Origin: Oculina patagonica
Taxonomy: Eukaryota
Assembly: GCF_052425735.1 (NCBI RefSeq)
Contig: NC_135760.1
Location: 22,816,001-22,880,000 of the forward strand
Length of the DNA: 64,000 nucleotides
Direction: 5' to 3'
Shown: positions 59,201-64,000 of the stretch, in pieces
Layout of the letters: every line of letters begins with the position of its first letter
How positions within the stretch are numbered: position 1 is the first letter of the stretch
Translations under genes and position numbers: made by a program
The notes under the pieces: model-generated
Told to the model about the DNA's origin: nothing
Database searches by the model: none
Seen by the model: only the letters and a program-made list of their open reading frames with translations

Positions 59201-62200
59201 TTTTCTCACCTGAAGTCTCGCAAAATAATCGTTTACAAATAAAAATATCGACATTATTTTCGATAACATTTACTTTGCTTTTAGGCTTCCTAGGATTTGT
59301 GACGGAGCTGATAGCCTTGTATACACCTTCAGTTTCAATTTTAAGTCCCCCAAAAAACTTGGATATATCTGCTGTGGTTTAGATTTACCTCTGGTTTAAA
59401 ATTTTTCAAGCCAGTTTGATTTTTATTTTCCTTGGTTTAAGATTATGATATTAAATGAGACTATGAAAAATAAAAATCAAGCTGGTTTCAAAAATTTTAA
59501 ACCAAATAAAAATTCAAACCGCAACATGTCCAAACATTTGCTAAATCCTTTGAGCTATAACAATGGTTACATATAATTTCTTCTCTTCACATCGATGTAC
59601 AATGCAGCATACATGTCGTGAAATTTAAAGCCTGGCTTTTACTATCGACGCAAGCACAAGCGCGATCACCCAATCAAAAGCCCTCTGGGCTTAGTGTCTC
59701 GTGACTCTTTTCAGAGTTTAATTTATTTGAAATTTATTTTATCTAGTTTGGAAGCTGTGCTCCGTCGGCGAATCGAAGGTCTATATTGGCATGACGGAGC
59801 ACAGCTTCAAAACTAGATATAACAACCACAAGCTCTCTTTCAAGCATCGTAAGCATTCCCACGACACTGTCCTATCAAAGTACATCTGGGACCAAAGAGA
59901 CAAAAACACCGATTTCTCAATTAAGTGGTCAATTGTCACGCGAGCAAGCTCTTACAGGGGAAACCCGTCTCGCTGCAATTTGTGTCTGACAGAGAAGCTC
60001 TGCATTCTATCCGCTGACAGATCTACTCTCCTCAATAAGAGATCTGAATTAATCACCAAGTGCAGGCACGAAAACAAGTTTTATGCAGCCAGTCAAAAGC
60101 AGGATCGCTCAAACCGCCCTCCATGAGTGTAGTTTAAATTTTCTTTCAACTGCTATTAACGGCACAGTCTGATGATCGCCTCGTGCGTGAAACTTTAAGT
60201 AACTGTCCGTGCAGTCTCAATCTTTTAATTATAGTATCCCGCTCTGCATGTATTTGCATCGAGCACTCGTACGATTGTGTGAAACCATTTACATTTTTCT
60301 TTGTTTATATATAAGATTACATGCTTAAAAACAAAGTTTTGAAATCGATGCCTTAATGGTATCCATTCCGATCACTATCACGGTAATTAAGCGTCCATCT
60401 TGATTCATATGCATACTAATTGATCTTTGCTATTTCTGTCAGGGCGGATAATGTTTGTACTTATAATTGTCACGCGACTTGTTTCCGATACCTTATCAAA
60501 AGCGATTTTTCCAAGCAGCCGAAAGTAGGCTTGACTTAAATTCAAAGTACATTCCAGCATGTAGCCGTTGAACAGTTATAGGACTCCGATAACAGCAGAA
60601 AAAGAATACAGACAGAAATGCTTGTGAAATTGCTCTGATAAGGTTTTCGAAAGTAGGCTTGACTTAAATTCAAAGTACACTCCAGCATGTAGCCGTTGAA
60701 CAGTTATAGGACTCCGATAACAGCAGCAGAAATGCTTGAGAAATTGCTCTGATAAGGTTTCTGAATTGATTGTCGCAAAATATTATCTGCTCAAGTAACG
60801 CAACCCGTGACATGTAACCTATATATAGCGTGCACGTAAATTTAATTAACCAAAACATATGTATTGTAAACAAGAACCGGGCGAGACATTGATTGTTATC
60901 AAAAGCAAATGGACTCGACAATTTAGAGATAAGGTCTTTTAGAAAGCCGAAAGGATCTCTAAATAGAGCGTTATCTCTCTCTCCAGAGAGAGAGTCGTGA
61001 CGTTCACTTTGCAATTTGGGTGTTAAGTTTTGTCTTTCTTACAGCGACGAGTTGACCTTTGGCGTGTGTCTTCGTGACTGTTGAATTCCCACACGTTTTA
61101 GGGTAATACTCGAATTGAAGACACGCAAGGAAAATAATGTCCACGGGATCTACCAGTTTTTTTTGAAGTAGTACTACAGCAATAAACGTAAAAAAAAGAA
61201 ATAAATTTTAAGAACAGTAAAGCGTGCCTGTATTTTTACACAATAAGCCCTTTACAATAAATACTCCTAACCTACAGTTTGATAAACCAGCGCGTTAGTT
61301 GCGACCTTTGTAAAGAAACATTATCTGTTCTTTGATATGAAATTCCGGCGGCCTCAGATCACAAAGCAAATGTTGACAAGGCGGGAAAATTCCGCGGCCT
61401 CACAAAGCAAATGTTGACATGACGGGAAAAATGTTGACATGGCGGGAAAATTCGGCGGCCTCAGAAAGCAAACACGCATGGAATGCACCTCTCCCCCTGT
61501 AGATATATCTCGTGTCGTCATGACAACGTCATGACGTCACGAGACAAAAAGGACAAATTTTGATCCTTGTGCTTTTGCTTGAGTCGAAGCCATTTTCACG
61601 GAGAAAAAAGAGCTGTTATCCTTTGCGCTTGTGCTTGCGTCGCTAGTAAAAACCAGGCTAAAGTAAATGATCATCACAGGAAAAATTGTCTTAGATTTAA
61701 TCATTTACCAACTTCTCCCGGCTATTACTATAAGAAATGCTCAGAATTTTTACTTGTCTTATTTGTTCCTTTGCTCTTAATTAGAGAAAGGGAAGAGTGG
61801 TCCTCGAAAAAGTCACAGAAGAAGGCAAAGAAATCAGCGGTGCAGAGGGCCGACTTCTGAACCCAGGCCACGCCATAGAAGCAGGGTGGTTTCTTCTTCA
61901 ATACGCCAATCGCACACAAAATGACGAGTTAGCGAAGATTGCCATTGAAAAGTTCATAGAACAGTCCTTCGACACTGGATGGGACGACATGTATGGTGGG
62001 ATTCTTTATTATTTGGACGCAAATGGTCACTCGCCGACGCAACTCGAGTGGAACATGAAGTTGTGGTGGCCGCATGCTGAAGCTCTTATTGCATTCCTCA
62101 TGGCTTACAAGGAGACTAGAGATGAACGCTTTATGGAGAAGTTTGATAAGGTGTTCCAGTACGCATTCTCACATGTAAGTAATTTGGCATTTTGATACAT

Positions 62201-62954
62201 CGTACGGTAGAGTTCCGAAAGTACCGACCGACGTTATACTTTCGAAAATTTAGTTTTATATAGAAGAATAAAAAAGCTTTAAGCTGCCCCCTCTCCCCTT
62301 CTTTGGCAGATACCGTAAAATTAGCGAGCAAGCAGCAACTGAAAGTTTATAAGAACTGGGGAAAATGGTTAAAGGGGCAGTGTGGCATGATTTAGCGCCA
62401 TTTGAAAATGCAGTGAAGGTGTTGACCTGGCCTTTCCAAAAAGCACTGTACTGGTCATGAAAAATTGTTTAAGGTGATTTGGCTATGGATGGACAGACAG
62501 TAGAAGCCTAAAACTTAAAATCGTCGGGCCGACGTTTTCAAGTTTAACAGTGGTTCTTGGAAGAAAAAACCACTGATTACATTTATTCACACCTTGGAGA
62601 ATGTATTTATGCCTTTATTTTGTTGTTTAAAGATCATGTTGTTGATCCCTGAGCGAACCCTCATAATTATATCATAGTTTTCACAAAACTTGGAAGATTT
62701 CTCGTGAAACTGCTCCTTTAATAAGAAGGGGGGGGGGGGGGGAGGAGGTTACGCCTCCTCCTCTCTCCTCTTTCACGCGAGAATTACATGATTATAGCAC
62801 CACGGCCACTTTCATGTCAAGCAGACTTGTACAAATCGATTAACTATTTATTTATTTTTCTTTTAGTTCTCTGATCCTAAGTATGGTGAGTGGTTCGGCT
62901 ATCTCAGCCAGAAAGGAGAGGTCACACACACTTTCAAAGGCGGACCATTTAAAG
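53267..62954 (+). CDS. RENBP: N-acylglucosamine 2-epimerase (renin-binding protein), last exon outside the window; exons 53267-53373, 55044-55119, 55628-55703, 56150-56319, 57652-57876, 61785-62174, 62867-62954
   Basis: [106 protein letters not shown]...KGGPFKG; phases consistent. Confidence 0.95.
56733..57414. mobile_element. Composite repeat: ~165-bp palindrome fused to a TIR-bounded segment
   Basis: atacctaatcgtacctttttggtacgct ... gcgtaccaaaaaggtaggattaggtat, then ttaccgtacccaaattc ... gaatttgggtacggtaa. Confidence 0.7.
58367..58658 (+). mobile_element. tRNA-derived CORE-type SINE, well preserved
   Basis: A box gtggcctaatggttag, B box gagttcgagccc, CORE-like ttcttgggcaagacactttactctcatagtgcctctctcc..tgtataaatggg; TSD ctatttgacgt (58355-58365 / 58659-58669). 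Confidence 0.9.
58894..59077. mobile_element. Young fold-back MITE with 9-bp TSD (Mutator-like TSD length)
   Basis: ~88-bp almost perfect arms catcctcggagacccaggggcag... / ...ctgcccctgggtctccgaggatg; CGTCAGTCT on both sides. Confidence 0.9.
59740..60310 (+). mobile_element. 5'-truncated Penelope-like retroelement with 5' inversion, GIY-YIG C-half and hammerhead
   Basis: [18 protein letters not shown]...LSKYIW...CNLCLTEK...[14 protein letters not shown]; 59740-59766 is an inverted copy of 59793-59819. Confidence 0.9.
60159..60210 (+). ncRNA. Minimal hammerhead ribozyme (PLE type)
   Basis: Stem I ACGG-C-ACAGT / ACTGT-CCGT; CTGATGA; stem II T-CGC/GCG-T; GAA; stem III ACT-TTA-AGT; GTA cleavage triplet ending at 60201. 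Confidence 0.75.
60520..60760. repeat. ~128-bp tandem duplication
   Basis: cgaaagtaggcttgacttaaattcaaagtaca..ggactccgataacagcag present twice. Confidence 0.85.
61340..61475. repeat. Short degenerate tandem repeat (~40 bp)
   Basis: gggaaaattccgcggcctcacaaagcaaatgttgac variants repeated about 3 times. Confidence 0.7.
62373..62717. mobile_element. TTAA-flanked non-autonomous element (Kolobok-like)
   Basis: ttaa|aggggcagtgt ... gaaactgctcct|ttaa. Confidence 0.55.
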
Positions 62955-64000
62955 GCAAGTTTGTGTAACTTTTTGCTGTCGTATGTACAACTATAGCATT
63001 TTCGTCCAGTTTTTTCCAATTAGAATTAAAAAATTTTGTCGAGTGCCTTACATCCAAGCCAAAGCAATTACAACGGCCAAACAACCAATGAGAACTCAAA
63101 GAAAATACACGTGACCGTCGCTAAGCGCGGGAAAACGCGTCGAGCAAGTCGTGATTCAATTTAATCTTGCTTTTGATTGGTTGATTGGAAAGGGCACATT
63201 TTTTTAAAACAATCACACAGCACAGTGAAGCAAACAATTCAGATTACATGTGTCACTCGATTGAAAAGCACTGTATTGAAAAAAAATACTAAAATTAAAA
63301 AAAATACGGGTTTTGGTGTTGTGTTTACAGAAACAAAACATTATAATATTGTTCAACGAAGGTGGAAACGTTATTAATTATATTAATCCTTTGTCCAACG
63401 AGAAAGTTTTAAAAGTTAACATAATCATACAAAATTGCTAATATAATTAATGTTCACCTCTTAATTGAAATCGTAGTTTTAGATGCAGAATATCACAAAA
63501 TAGGCCTTATTCGTAGTAGCCGTAATAACGGTCTTTGTATTTAAATGCAAATTAGCCATGCTGAAAAAGACAATTTTGGGTTGGGAACAAATGTATATAG
63601 AAGCTCTCGGAAGATCTTACATGAATGGCTCGCTACCTTTCGAGAGAACAATAGAACAAAACATTAACAATGCCCCTAGCCCCAAAAACAATACCAACTG
63701 CTACACTAGAGGACTAGTAGAATTGCAAACTTACAAGAGCTGCTACAATACTGGACAATTTTGAGAAAATTTAATCAAATGAATGATTTGCCACTAATCG
63801 GATCCTGTGTTTTGCGTGGAGGATTCTGGGATCGCTAGGGGGCAAACATTGCAAGTCGCTAGAAGAAAATGTATGGCGAAAAGTTGTTTTGACGTTCAAA
63901 AATACGATTTTGGAGAGAGATCAACGCTTTTTCGCGAGTATTTTATCAGGAATGGATTTGGGCATTGTTGATACTCGAAAGTGTAAGTTTTTGTTTGAAT

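Larger units (their letters stand above)
59629..61659. mobile_element. Harbinger-like MITE split by ~1.9 kb of nested insertions
   Basis: agcctggcttttactatcgacgcaagcacaagcgc ... gcgcttgtgcttgcgtcgctagtaaaaaccaggct; TAA-like flanks. Confidence 0.65.

Overview
Intron-rich, AT-rich eukaryotic (animal) genomic DNA. The repeat repertoire and gene style suggest a cnidarian, probably a stony coral; this is an inference. Gene order: (1) a partial minus-strand gene at the left edge and (2) a 3-exon ~1685-aa minus-strand gene (5236-11004). Both belong to one family built from an H-x3-C-x3-C-x3-H motif followed by degenerate ankyrin repeats; the large gene has two such modules separated by ~46-aa Thr/Ser repeats, an NLS and a C-terminal coiled coil. 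(3) A head-to-head 12-exon P2X purinoceptor gene (11703-28609) with candidate alternative C-termini. (4) An intronless coiled-coil ORF nested in P2X intron 2. (5) A 20-exon BCAS3 gene (35208-46929). (6) A small, very basic spliced ORF (49093-51436) carrying a YNLRPR motif. (7) N-acylglucosamine 2-epimerase (RENBP), whose last exon lies outside the window. Introns and intergenic DNA contain many MITEs, CORE-type tRNA SINEs and Penelope-like (PLE) fragments. Several PLE fragments still carry recognisable minimal hammerhead ribozymes, including a U3-A8 variant in a near-perfect palindrome and intact sense-strand copies inside P2X and RENBP introns. All splice models were read by eye and checked for phase; no database search was possible.
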